A stretch of 39,038 nucleotides of DNA from positions 1 through 39,038 of IMG/VR virus record IMGVR_UViG_3300043039_000071. One strand, given 5' to 3'. The notes beneath the pieces were generated by a model. That model was not told the origin of the DNA, did no database searches, and saw nothing but the letters and a program-made list of their open reading frames with translations. Position 1 is the stretch's first letter. Each line of letters starts with the position of its first letter. A program made the position numbers and the translations under genes. This stretch comes from a virus (Duplodnaviria > Caudoviricetes). This document shows, piece by piece, positions 16,092-25,372 of this stretch.

Positions 16092-16708
16092 TTGCGATAG
16101 CCTGCATCGTAAAGCTTTTCTGCGATTTCTTTTGAAACTCTCTCTTTAGACAGCCATCCTTGAGAGCAGATAACTTCCTGAATAGCATCAACCGACTTTT
16201 GCTTTGGTGTGCGAGTGTCGATAGGCTGCACCCATGAATCATTATTCCAGCAGCAATCAATGTCAACCTCTTGGCCATCTCTGTCATTATATGCAAACGT
16301 TACTACTCCGCCATCATAATCGCTAACTGATAAACAAGTCACAACCTTTTTAGCGTGCAAAAAATCACTCCCAACTGGAGGCAACTCCCCTGCATCAGCC
16401 ATTGCTTGCGTGAATACTGGTTTGATTTTAGGCAACTTGTCTGATGAATAAGTTTCTGACCATGGAGTAAATACTGGTTTATCATCACTAGGCTTTACTG
16501 CTGATTGGTCTAGTAGTGGCCTCCATTGGTGCGGAGTAGTATTGACCTCATACTTAAACTTCGGATTATCTGGTAGCGTATTAAGTGGTCGCCATGCGAA
16601 TGATATTACACCAACCTGATTACCATGCCTCCACTGAACTTTATCGCTGCAATGCATCTCTACGCCAAGGTCTTTAAACTCTTTAACTGTTAACATTTTA
16701 TTCTCCAC
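16085..16708 (-). CDS. modular hypothetical phage protein
   Basis: 207 aa with internal KPVFT and WRPL repeats and a TQAMADAGELPPVG module. Confidence 0.65.
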   Translation of the reverse strand: MENKMLTVKEFKDLGVEMHCSDKVQWRHGNQVGVISFAWRPLNTLPDNPKFKYEVNTTPHQWRPLLDQSAVKPSDDKPVFTPWSETYSSDKLPKIKPVFTQAMADAGELPPVGSDFLHAKKVVTCLSVSDYDGGVVTFAYNDRDGQEVDIDCCWNNDSWVQPIDTRTPKQKSVDAIQEVICSQGWLSKERVSKEIAEKLYDAGYRKC

Positions 16709-16931
16709 TCACATGTTCATTAAATTCATAAGGCTTGCGCTGCTTATCTGCTATGCGCTGTTCAAACTGTTCTCGAGTGCATACACGCTGCCATGTTTCG
16801 TTTAGCTCGTCATCACCCCACCATGACCAATGCTCAAACAATCCAATGCGTCTAAATACTAGCCAGTTGTGATTATGTGCAGCGGTAGGCCATTTGATAA
16901 AATGGTTGATGGCGTCGGTAGTTGTTTTCAA
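16698..16931 (-). CDS. hypothetical protein, paralog-like of 11122-11340
   Basis: Likely TTG start at 16931 overlapping the upstream stop. (M)KTTTDAINHF...VCTREQF. Confidence 0.5.
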   Translation of the reverse strand: MKTTTDAINHFIKWPTAAHNHNWLVFRRIGLFEHWSWWGDDELNETWQRVCTREQFEQRIADKQRKPYEFNEHVSGE

Positions 16932-17080
16932 TTCACATACTCGCTCACTCTCGCACATGCGTCAGCGCTGAATTTAGAGTCTATACAGTCGAAAGTGTTA
17001 TCTTTAGATGAATATCTTCCAAAGTAGAAATTCCCTGAGAACTCAAAAAAATAAGCATTTCCATCAATAAAGTTTCGCAT
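16928..17080 (-). CDS. hypothetical protein (50 aa)
   Basis: Not in ORF track. AGGAG RBS, MRNFIDGNAYFFEFSG...SEYVN*, directly after promoter 17101-17141. Confidence 0.6.
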   Translation of the reverse strand: MRNFIDGNAYFFEFSGNFYFGRYSSKDNTFDCIDSKFSADACARVSEYVN

Positions 17081-17100
17081 ATTATTTAACTCCTAATTAG

Positions 17101-17141
17101 TTGACAACACGAATCGTATTATATACAAATAATGCTGTCAA
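17101..17141. promoter_or_regulatory. promoter with TTGACA-N29-TGTCAA palindrome
   Basis: Minus: TTGACA-N17-TACGAT, driving the small-gene block. Confidence 0.65.
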
Positions 17142-17155
17142 CTACTATTTAGTTT

Positions 17156-18751
17156 TTATCGGTTTCTTGAGCGGCGCATGGCTATAAATTCAGAGACTGC
17201 ATTCTTAGGCTTGAGTAATACAATATCAACAGCATCCATTGTGTTATCCACTATATCATCGTGCTTATGGCTATCGTCTGCCGCAAACGTTGAATGCTCG
17301 CTAACAAACTCTGTTACCCATGGCGCATTCATTGGCAAGAATACGTTACCCATTTTAATCTGTGGCGCAGTATCCATGGCGCGAGTTAATTTATCGATGT
17401 TACGTTGTAGCGCGACAATTTGACAAGGCGATGACCTGCCAACCTCCTGTATTAAACCTGTTCCGCTTGATTTGTCCTCGACATATGCAGCACGTAAATT
17501 GCCCCATTGATGATCGTTGCGTTCATATGCTTCATCAATAAACTTACTGAATACAGTTCGCAGATCTGGAGCTTCCCATTTTCCGCGCTTTAGGTTAATA
17601 GCATAAACCTTGCCATTGTATACGCCCCACTCCATCATCACGCTAAAGTCGTTATAGGTCTTTGTCTTGGTCGCAGTGTCAGCAGTAATAAATCGGTATT
17701 CAAACATTGGTGGGCTATTTTCGCCAACTTGAAATTGTGTTTCATCGTAGAATTGCCACCAAGATGAATCGAATATATTGCCACCTAACGCCACAGGATG
17801 CTGCATATACTGAGACATAAAAGTGTACTCATCACGATCCCATAAGTCCATTAGGTCGCCTATGTACTCGTTATCAGGCCAATAAGACCAATACTTAACG
17901 CCAGCTCTTTCTCTGTATTCGGTATCCTTAACGCAATTCCAACACTCGTCGCGTATCCAATCAGGTAATGATTTAATGTACTCCTCAGTAATAAGCGCTG
18001 GGATCTTGATTAGGTCAAACTTTAAACCCATATGGCCTTCACTCATAAACCAAGTAGAGTCGTATTGATGCAGTCTTTGCTGAATGGCTACGATTGGTGT
18101 TGAGTTGTCTTTGGATTTATTGCCACGTCGCGATCGTATAGTGTTGACTAATAGCTGGTGTATTCTTGTCCGCTTAACTTCACTAAACATATCGGAAGGC
18201 TTATCAACATCATCAAGGCATATCCAGCCAGAAAAAGACTTGCTAGGGTAGCCGCCTCGACCACCTGTGATTTGTCCTCCAGCAGAACGGCTGACAACCT
18301 CCGCTTTAACTTTGCCATCACTGCGTAATAATGACCACTCGTCGGCCTGATTTACCCCTACAGGATAAGGCCATAAGTATTGAAACTCTTCGCTTGTGAT
18401 AATGTCGCGGGTTCTTCGGCTGTTACGCTTGGCCAATGTATCAGAGAATGAAATATTAAGGTTTCTAACCCGGTCACAAACAAGCATCGACCAAACAGGC
18501 GCGTGAATTGATAGCGTTTCAGTTTTGCCAGCACCGGGAGGAATATTGAAGATAGTAGATCCGCGCTTACCAAGTACGATTTCTTCAATAGGCTTTGCCA
18601 TATATCGGTGATGCCAATTAACTGACCACTTTTCACCCTGGATCAACTGAAAGAAGCAACGCTGAAAGCCTAAAAATGATTTCTCACTAATAAGCTTGAT
18701 CGCCTGCTTCTCTTGCTCAGTTAATTCTTCCCAATCAAGTGCTGTACTCAT
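17156..18751 (-). CDS. terL: terminase large subunit
   Basis: Walker A PPGAGKT, Walker B ICLDD, QQRLH coupling motif, nuclease motifs ADTA, EDKSSG and HDDIVD. Confidence 0.95.
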   Translation of the reverse strand: MSTALDWEELTEQEKQAIKLISEKSFLGFQRCFFQLIQGEKWSVNWHHRYMAKPIEEIVLGKRGSTIFNIPPGAGKTETLSIHAPVWSMLVCDRVRNLNISFSDTLAKRNSRRTRDIITSEEFQYLWPYPVGVNQADEWSLLRSDGKVKAEVVSRSAGGQITGGRGGYPSKSFSGWICLDDVDKPSDMFSEVKRTRIHQLLVNTIRSRRGNKSKDNSTPIVAIQQRLHQYDSTWFMSEGHMGLKFDLIKIPALITEEYIKSLPDWIRDECWNCVKDTEYRERAGVKYWSYWPDNEYIGDLMDLWDRDEYTFMSQYMQHPVALGGNIFDSSWWQFYDETQFQVGENSPPMFEYRFITADTATKTKTYNDFSVMMEWGVYNGKVYAINLKRGKWEAPDLRTVFSKFIDEAYERNDHQWGNLRAAYVEDKSSGTGLIQEVGRSSPCQIVALQRNIDKLTRAMDTAPQIKMGNVFLPMNAPWVTEFVSEHSTFAADDSHKHDDIVDNTMDAVDIVLLKPKNAVSEFIAMRRSRNR

Positions 18752-19152
18752 ATTTTGCTTATGATTGATTCAACGTCTGATGATGTGACAACAACGTTTG
18801 ATGCTTTAGGTGACATTGATCCGTCTGATGATGTGTTGTCAATCTTTTCACTATAGCCGTGATTAGATAACATAAGCTTTGTTATTGTCGGATTCATCGA
18901 GTTAGAAAGCCCTCCAGATAACAACATTTTAGCTTGCTTTGTCTTGAGCCTATCTAACGTGTGTAAGATTTCATCATCAGCATCAGACCAATTATAGATA
19001 GTTTTCCGTGAAACATTGAGGTGATAAGACAACCCCTCAGCGCTTGGGACTATATCATCGTAGTCTGTATGATTCTCAATATAGTCCATAATTCTATCAA
19101 TCAAAGACTGCTTATCATCCATAAGGCTTTTGGGGCCAGTTCTATCAGCCAT
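18748..19152 (-). CDS. terS: terminase small subunit
   Basis: HTH (PSAEGLS..L.VSRKTIYNW) and NPTITKLMLSNHG, overlaps the terL start. Confidence 0.85.
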   Translation of the reverse strand: MADRTGPKSLMDDKQSLIDRIMDYIENHTDYDDIVPSAEGLSYHLNVSRKTIYNWSDADDEILHTLDRLKTKQAKMLLSGGLSNSMNPTITKLMLSNHGYSEKIDNTSSDGSMSPKASNVVVTSSDVESIISKI

Positions 19153-19855
19153 AATTTGAACCCTTCTTAATGTTATCTAAAGCCCATAAAGGCTGTAGGT
19201 TAGTTAATGCATTTATAATGGAAGGATCGTTAATTCCCTCCTTGAAAAATAGTGACATAGGCTTTATATGATCAATATGCCATTCGCCGTAGTTATCCCA
19301 ACTCATGCCGTCAACGAATAGGTTTTCTATGTGACATATAAGCTCATCCCTAGTATAACCCACTAACTCGCATGTTGAACCTGTTTTAACTGCTCCGTAA
19401 TCCTTAACCATACGCCTAATGCATGAGTACATAAACTTTTTAGACTTAACGCCAGATGGATCTGCAATCTTTCTATTTAGCGCCCATCTATTAACTTTTA
19501 ACCTGTATTCTTCTGGGTGGTTTTCACGGTACGCTTTCATCCTTAATCTGTTTGACTCTCTTTCCGCATTAAGATCCCTGTTCAATCGTCTTTTTTCAAC
19601 GTTCTCAGGCTTTGTTCTTGTTTTGCGTCTAGTCTTATTAATAAGATCTCTGTTCTTTTTTGAATACTCTACAGATTGTTTTGATATTTTTTCTTTATTA
19701 TTGCTGCGGTAGTTTGACTTGAATTGATTTGCGCATTCAACGCAGGTTGCGTTGTTTGATGTTCTTTCTGATATGTGGCCATTCTTACATGGCTTACCAG
19801 TAAAATACCGCTTTAGTCCTAAGTTTCTTGCTTCTGAGTATGAGATTAGCTTCAT
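19145..19855 (-). CDS. HNH endonuclease
   Basis: N-terminal YFTGKPCKNGH...CVEC zinc motif and C-terminal WHIDHIKP...NLQPLWA.DN..K. Confidence 0.85.
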   Translation of the reverse strand: MKLISYSEARNLGLKRYFTGKPCKNGHISERTSNNATCVECANQFKSNYRSNNKEKISKQSVEYSKKNRDLINKTRRKTRTKPENVEKRRLNRDLNAERESNRLRMKAYRENHPEEYRLKVNRWALNRKIADPSGVKSKKFMYSCIRRMVKDYGAVKTGSTCELVGYTRDELICHIENLFVDGMSWDNYGEWHIDHIKPMSLFFKEGINDPSIINALTNLQPLWALDNIKKGSNYG

Positions 19856-19936
19856 GATCGCCTCGTCAAGGGTAGTCAGATATGATTATCGACAGGCAAT
19901 GACTAATTGCTTTTCGGGTGGCCGCCCTAGTCGATA
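19856..19936 (-). promoter_or_regulatory. putative structured RNA leader of the HNH gene
   Basis: Closing stem TATCGAC/GTCGATA with inner hairpins GGG-CGGCCA-CCC and GCAAT-TAGTC-ATTGC. TAGTCA is complementary to TGACTA near the RBS. Confidence 0.5.
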
Positions 19937-19980
19937 TTTAATGCAGTATATACTTATTTCTTAACAGCTTCTATACCAAT

Positions 19981-20229
19981 CTAAATCTCCTCTACCATCC
20001 AATAAATACCAACAACGTCAATTTTGCACCCTTTACCATGCTCTACTATATCATAAGCACGACGGGGTATGTTGAGTTGGTGAGTTTGTTTAAATTCAGT
20101 GAGCGTAGATTCAAACGCTTTTACAGCATCAATCGTACTCACTGATGAATAATGCATCTGACCAAATCCATATCGTGGCTGCATCATCTTAGCAGCTAAG
20201 CGTGTTAGTTTATCGTCCTTATTGCGCAT
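19981..20229 (-). CDS. hypothetical protein
   Basis: ORF track, same-strand gene run. Confidence 0.5.
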   Translation of the reverse strand: MRNKDDKLTRLAAKMMQPRYGFGQMHYSSVSTIDAVKAFESTLTEFKQTHQLNIPRRAYDIVEHGKGCKIDVVGIYWMVEEI

Positions 20230-20309
20230 AGTCTCATTACCTGCTATTGTTTTGTTGAGATTAACCCATTCCTAATGATTTGTATAGTTTCCTTGGTTGA
20301 CACCTTTTA

Positions 20310-20333
20310 GCCCTCGTTTGAGGGCATTTTTTT
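20310..20333 (+). terminator. terminator-like hairpin (T-run on plus strand, antisense to flanking genes)
   Basis: GCCCTC-GTTT-GAGGGC-ATTTTTTT. Confidence 0.5.
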
Positions 20334-20335
20334 GT

Positions 20336-20458
20336 TTATGGTTTGTATATTGACAGCCACGTATTATCACCGTCGCAAATCAAGTTTTCATCTGGGTAAA
20401 ATTCCGACCATCGCAATAAATCACTAATCATCACATTTTTATATTCAATAACATCCAT
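20336..20458 (-). CDS. hypothetical protein (40 aa)
   Basis: Not in ORF track. TGATG overlap with the upstream stop. MDVIEYKNVMISDLLRWSEFYPDENLICDGD... Confidence 0.45.
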   Translation of the reverse strand: MDVIEYKNVMISDLLRWSEFYPDENLICDGDNTWLSIYKP

Positions 20459-20715
20459 CACACACACCCCTTGGTCGACTGCGGATAAATTCCGCCAGCA
20501 ATCATCTTTCCAATAAATTCATGCTCATCGACAATGACAGACCACTCATAGTTAACGCGTTTAACATCCCTTGCAACTGTACCCTTTGGGCGTAAATACA
20601 TATTTTCAGCAGCATATGAGCTTACGCCTCGACAAATTACAGCCTGCACTGCATCGCGTCGCTTATCAAATATTCCTAACCTATCGCACAAAAACCAAAC
20701 TTGATATTGTAACAT
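20458..20715 (-). CDS. hypothetical protein, possible HTH DNA-binding
   Basis: Start re-called to ATG 20715 (GGAG RBS). GVSSYAAE...KGTVARDVKRV is HTH-like. Confidence 0.5.
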   Translation of the reverse strand: MLQYQVWFLCDRLGIFDKRRDAVQAVICRGVSSYAAENMYLRPKGTVARDVKRVNYEWSVIVDEHEFIGKMIAGGIYPQSTKGCV

Positions 20716-20733
20716 TTTAATACTCCATAAAAT

Positions 20734-20753
20734 AAGCGCCAATTAGGCGCTTT
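20734..20753. terminator. intergenic hairpin/terminator
   Basis: AAGCGCC-AATTA-GGCGCTT. Confidence 0.55.
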
Positions 20754-20758
20754 AATTG

Positions 20759-20974
20759 TTATGCGAAATTAATCGCTGTGTATGGGCCATCTGCTTTAAC
20801 TTCTGGCAGGTAATTTGCTGCGCTTTTCCAGCACCAGTAATGATCTAGGTTTGTAGCTAAGCGCTTAACATAATACTTGCCACATTTATCTTGAGTTGCC
20901 GCAACACTAACTTCAACCAATTTACCGCCAGTAATCATATCAACGATAAGGATAACAACATTTGATTTTTTCAT
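20759..20974 (-). CDS. hypothetical protein
   Basis: GGAG RBS, with a TTGCAT...TACTAT promoter-like element upstream. Confidence 0.6.
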   Translation of the reverse strand: MKKSNVVILIVDMITGGKLVEVSVAATQDKCGKYYVKRLATNLDHYWCWKSAANYLPEVKADGPYTAINFA

Positions 20975-21072
20975 GGCATCTGCTCCAAAGCTTAGGCGGT
21001 ATTGCCTGATGTGTTAATAGTAGCACCTTATTGTTATCATGCAAGCGTTATTTCGCTATTACTTTAATTTAG

Positions 21073-21261
21073 TTAAACACACCCCGCAATCTCATCAGTA
21101 ACAATATCAGAACAACTAGGCGCTAACATCTTCAAGTCTTGAAAAATGTCACTCGCAATCGTAATTTTACATGAATCATCTATGCAGCCAAAAACAAGCG
21201 ATGATATTGCATCAACATAAAATCGGTTTATGTCTGCCTCTGTTAGTTTGTAGATTTCCAT
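21073..21261 (-). CDS. hypothetical protein
   Basis: Abuts the YopX-like gene stop. Confidence 0.55.
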   Translation of the reverse strand: MEIYKLTEADINRFYVDAISSLVFGCIDDSCKITIASDIFQDLKMLAPSCSDIVTDEIAGCV

Positions 21262-21624
21262 TTATTTGGCCTCGTGAATGTTGCCGATGATTTCTATGTC
21301 AAATCTGCACTCGCCCAAGGGGTAATTTTCGTGAGGGTTTATAGTGAAATCGCACCATTCAATATGGTGACAAACAAATGAACAATAAGATTTATCGTAA
21401 ATAACATTAAAATCACCATACATTTTAGCGCCTCTAGGCTTTGACTTTACCTTATCACCCTCAAATATCTTTGTGCCGTTTTTATCTAGCAGACCAGTGA
21501 ATTGCTCAATAGTAATGTCTTGACCCTCGGACATCCAAGTGAAGCACTGTCCGATGTACGCCTGATCATCCATTACTTCGCCAGTTTTATTCCATATAGC
21601 TCTAAATTCAATAGCTCTCATCAC
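21262..21624 (-). CDS. YopX-family protein
   Basis: R.IEFRA, QFTGLLDKNGTKIFEGD and EIIGNIHE motifs. Confidence 0.85.
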   Translation of the reverse strand: MMRAIEFRAIWNKTGEVMDDQAYIGQCFTWMSEGQDITIEQFTGLLDKNGTKIFEGDKVKSKPRGAKMYGDFNVIYDKSYCSFVCHHIEWCDFTINPHENYPLGECRFDIEIIGNIHEAK

Positions 21625-21631
21625 AATCTCC

Positions 21632-21901
21632 TTAACTCAAAACAGTATAGGTAAAAACACCAGGTTCAACTTCATTTATCAAAACAACATTAGGACGACG
21701 GTCTTTTAGCATGTAAGCCAGCGTGGTTCGCGTCATGCCAAGGATTCGTGCTGCCATCGACTGATTACCCCTGCAATGTGTTACAACATCGTCTATGGTC
21801 GATACAACGATTGTTGATTCACGTAATCCAGCAAGTTGTGAACGCTCAACGGGTTCTTTGTAGGTAAAACGGTTAAAGCTTCTTAGGCGTGATAGGTTCA
21901 T
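21632..21901 (-). CDS. NinH/Fis-like HTH protein
   Basis: TIDDVVTHCRGNQSMAARILGMTRTTL is a Fis/NinH-type HTH. Likely ATG 21901. Confidence 0.65.
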   Translation of the reverse strand: MNLSRLRSFNRFTYKEPVERSQLAGLRESTIVVSTIDDVVTHCRGNQSMAARILGMTRTTLAYMLKDRRPNVVLINEVEPGVFTYTVLS

Positions 21902-22089
21902 TGTTTTACTCCGAGTCGGCAATGGGGTTTATAGATTACATGATTTCCATCAATCCGCTCTCTTGGTGTGCATTTAGTGTTCACGCATTGCACCGTATTA
22001 TTAAATGCACATCCGTCGCATGATCCGTAGCTCACAGGATTAACGGCTTTATATGCCTTGCTATTAAAAGTAACAATGTCGTGTTTCAT
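21898..22089 (-). CDS. hypothetical Cys-rich protein
   Basis: CDGCAF...C....C...R.DG motif, coupled ORF. Confidence 0.6.
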   Translation of the reverse strand: MKHDIVTFNSKAYKAVNPVSYGSCDGCAFNNTVQCVNTKCTPRERIDGNHVIYKPHCRLGVKQ

Positions 22090-22229
22090 AGCGCACCCCC
22101 AACAATAGCGCTTATTTGATCCCGCAAGTCTAATATTTCAAATGCACACATTAGTGATAGGCCAGCGAAAAATAATGCTAATGATTTGAACACAAGCAAA
22201 TCGGCTTTAAGTTGTTTTTTAGTTTTCAT
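22086..22229 (-). CDS. small membrane protein
   Basis: Start re-called to ATG 22229 (GAGG RBS), one TM helix. Confidence 0.5.
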   Translation of the reverse strand: MKTKKQLKADLLVFKSLALFFAGLSLMCAFEILDLRDQISAIVGGAL

Positions 22230-22512
22230 TGTTGCTGTCCTCGTCAAATTTATACTCAATAAAAGATCCATTATTTGATGGTAGTTTTTCCCACCCATTA
22301 ACATCAGGTATATCTTGGCGTAAATGCGAGCTTGGATTGCTGCGACATTCAAGTTTGTCGCTATTAACTTCCATCACCGACTTAGGGTTGTAAATAACCT
22401 GCTTACCATCAAGCACACCAAACATCCAGCCAGCCTTACATCTGTGGTGCATAACCTGCTGACTGACCCCATGCTGCCTTGCAAACTCGCTCATGTTTCG
22501 TATTGATTTCAT
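22219..22512 (-). CDS. hypothetical protein, N-terminal HTH-like
   Basis: MSEFARQHGVSQQ helix-turn-helix pattern, GGAG RBS. Confidence 0.5.
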   Translation of the reverse strand: MKSIRNMSEFARQHGVSQQVMHHRCKAGWMFGVLDGKQVIYNPKSVMEVNSDKLECRSNPSSHLRQDIPDVNGWEKLPSNNGSFIEYKFDEDSNNEN

Positions 22513-22525
22513 GCTAAAAACTCCA

Positions 22526-22891
22526 TTACTTATTATATTTAGATTCGTACATTTCTGTGGCCTCGCTCACTACTCTAGCCCACTCATGTTTTGACATTTT
22601 TTCTTTAACTACCTCTATTATAAATTCTGATAGCGGCAGGCTTTTAATTCCATCAGATATTTTTGCATCCTTTAACTTGTGGCCGAGTTCAAATATCGCC
22701 TTGCCAGAATCAATATAATCACGGGTGCCCTTTTCGGAATTTTTACGCCTGCTCTGCTCAATAACCATCTGAGCTTTTAACTGGTCTCTTTCGCTCATTA
22801 AAAATGATGATGTGCAGCCAGATTGATTGGCGACTCGAGTAGCCACCTTATTGATTGGCACTCTTATTACCGAATCGTTGAATATTGACAT
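22526..22891 (-). CDS. hypothetical protein
   Basis: Strong GGAGGT RBS, first gene after the AT-rich region. Confidence 0.65.
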   Translation of the reverse strand: MSIFNDSVIRVPINKVATRVANQSGCTSSFLMSERDQLKAQMVIEQSRRKNSEKGTRDYIDSGKAIFELGHKLKDAKISDGIKSLPLSEFIIEVVKEKMSKHEWARVVSEATEMYESKYNK

Positions 22892-22979
22892 AGATACCTC
22901 CGCTTTGTTTCGATGCGGGAACTATACAACTATAATTTGTTTAATACAATATATATTTGTGTATAGTCGTAAAATAATA

Positions 22980-23490
22980 CACTTTAGGGAAAATATATCA
23001 TACTTTGGATTTTATTTGCCCTAAGTTAACTATCTGATTATTAACGTGAAATAGGTGTTTCAGGGAAAGGGAGGGAAAATTAAAAAGTGTTGTTACTTTA
23101 TATAAATCAATCACTTACACTCTATAAAGGGTATAATTGGATGTTTTTCTCTATTATTCATGTTTACTTTAAAATTTATCAAAAAAAAGAGCCAAGTCCT
23201 TAGACCTAGCCCTTATTTATAAATAGTTTTAGCTACCATATAAGCTTATATAGTATTAGTAATTGTATATTACTATTTCTATTTAATAAATACAGTGGTT
23301 TTTTCACCTTCATTTTTTGGTCAGAATTTTATTTATGTATTAATAGTTACTTTTATCTAAAACCTGTCCAAACGTCCAAAAAAGCACTATTCCTTTTTTA
23401 AATCAACAACTTAATTTCGGGCAAAATAAATCCAGTGCTGTCCAATTTGCCTTAACTTTTCCCTGAAATCTGAGATTATTGCGGGAAATT
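22980..23490. other. AT-rich origin-like region 2 with inverted repeats and IHF-consensus sites
   Basis: Inverted repeat 23006-23039 / 23401-23434 (26/34), TTTCAGGGAAA 23058-23068 inverted at 23458-23468, WATCAANNNNTTR at 23105-23117 and 23401-23413. Adjacent to replication genes. Confidence 0.6.
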
Positions 23491-23622
23491 AGATTAAGAT
23501 GCGAATTATTGATTGATAAATTAGATTAATAACTTTTTGATATAAGTATATGCGTTTTAGTTATATGTGTAGATTATTGTGTTTTGTGTACGTGAATTGT
23601 TAACGTGTCGATTTGCAGGTGT

Positions 23623-23647
23623 AAAAAAGCCAGCTCGGTGGCTGGCT
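23623..23647 (-). terminator. rho-independent terminator
   Basis: Minus strand AGCCAGC-CACCGA-GCTGGCT-TTTTT. Confidence 0.8.
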
Positions 23648-23773
23648 GGGTCTCACTCTCAAATTGGTCTTTTTTGGCATTCAAAACACCACCTGCACCA
23701 ATACTTACTATTTGACTCGAACTTATCAACATCAAGATGCCTTGCGCACCTGTAACACCATAACCCGCGCATA

Positions 23774-25372
23774 TTACTCCCCATCTAACACATTAGGATT
23801 TATCAACCACTCACCACGGCACAGCATCACAACGTTAGCTGCAGCTAGCGCGGGTAAAATAACCTCTCTTAAATAACTCGTAAGCCCACCAGTTGAAGCA
23901 AATTCCTTTTTACTCTTTAGGTTTTGCTGTAACTGTTGGACTGTAATCTTTGGTATTTTGCGATCCTTCACATCCTTCTGGAAGCGGTTTTTAAGCTGCT
24001 TAATTACAATATCAAGCTTGGGCGTTAAACCTGCGCAACCTGAATCCTCAGCCGCCTTTAAGTAAGTTCTACTTAGCTCGTCGAATATCTCAATCGCCCT
24101 GCATGTTGTTTTATACCCAATCACCTTGCGACGCTTGCCATTTTTAGACCATTCTTGAGCGCCCCACAATATACAAGCAATACGCTGAATTTGGTCGGTA
24201 CACTTTCCTAAAGTGCCTCGGATCATGTTATCGCCATATTTACCGCCAGCAACTAAATGAGGTTCGATATTCTGTCGATAACAATCAAGTGCATGGTGTG
24301 AATCTTCATCAAAAGTTAGCTTAATTTCGCTCTCGTGAATTAAGTTGTTAATCAGGTCGATGTACTCAGCCTTTAAACCTTTGGCTATATAACGCTTTGT
24401 CATGTGGTCACGATGACCAAGAAAATCAGGTTCGTTAATTAACAAGAATCGCTCACCAACACCACGACCTAATTTGCCAGCCTCTAAGATGGCTCTAACA
24501 GTGGCCTCTTGCGCCAAAACAGCTACAGTGCCACGAACACGACCAAAGAAACCGTCACTACCAGCACGAGCAACAGACATCCATTCACCGTTAAACATGG
24601 CTAGAATCAAGCCGCTGTTTGCTGGCTTGCCTGCATCCCCATAAACGCTACCTAGCAACACGTTAACCGCGTCTGCTTCATCTGAGATAACATTGCCACA
24701 CCCGCCTTGCTTGGCCATTGCTTTAAGCATCCCTTCTGGAGTTGGATCTTTAAAGAATGGTATAAAGTCGCAATAGTTTTCCAGTTCTTCGGCCTTGCTT
24801 ACTAAATCCCTGTTAATGCCGTCCATCTGCGCACCATACGCTGTTTTAAGCATCTTTTTCAATTCTTGAATATCATCGTTAATCTTTGAACGCCTTTGCT
24901 TGTTAGCGTCTGACACGCCCTTGAACGCGATTAGTATTGGATCGAAAAAGCTGTCGTTAACAAATGACTTACCAGTTGATGGCGGCTGAGCAGACACGCA
25001 GAACAAGTTAACGGGCTTTTCAGTATCCGAGCCGATACGCTGCTCAAACGAAAATTTGCGATTCATTGCGGCAGATAACACGCCAAGACCATGTAAAAAA
25101 CATGTATTAGCAGGAAATTGAATATAATGGCTAATGTTCGCGCTATATCGCTCAAGCACATTTAACCGCCAATCATCCTGCTTTGGCGTAACAATATCAA
25201 CATGAAATGCTGATGCTGTTTGGTCAATAATTTGCGGCCACATATCGGGATCAATCAGCATACCAATTTGCGCAGGATAATATTCAGCTATCATTTGTGC
25301 CGCTGATATACCGTTGGCCTTATGGTTAGATGCCCAATCCGTTAGAATTTGATTTTTATCCATGATTAACAC
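23774..25372 (-). CDS. DUF3987/YfjI-like replication ATPase/helicase
   Basis: PVNLF...QPPSTGKS (Walker A), DPTPEG, SDEAD (Walker B) and ERFL motifs. Confidence 0.75.
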   Translation of the reverse strand: MLIMDKNQILTDWASNHKANGISAAQMIAEYYPAQIGMLIDPDMWPQIIDQTASAFHVDIVTPKQDDWRLNVLERYSANISHYIQFPANTCFLHGLGVLSAAMNRKFSFEQRIGSDTEKPVNLFCVSAQPPSTGKSFVNDSFFDPILIAFKGVSDANKQRRSKINDDIQELKKMLKTAYGAQMDGINRDLVSKAEELENYCDFIPFFKDPTPEGMLKAMAKQGGCGNVISDEADAVNVLLGSVYGDAGKPANSGLILAMFNGEWMSVARAGSDGFFGRVRGTVAVLAQEATVRAILEAGKLGRGVGERFLLINEPDFLGHRDHMTKRYIAKGLKAEYIDLINNLIHESEIKLTFDEDSHHALDCYRQNIEPHLVAGGKYGDNMIRGTLGKCTDQIQRIACILWGAQEWSKNGKRRKVIGYKTTCRAIEIFDELSRTYLKAAEDSGCAGLTPKLDIVIKQLKNRFQKDVKDRKIPKITVQQLQQNLKSKKEFASTGGLTSYLREVILPALAAANVVMLCRGEWLINPNVLDGE

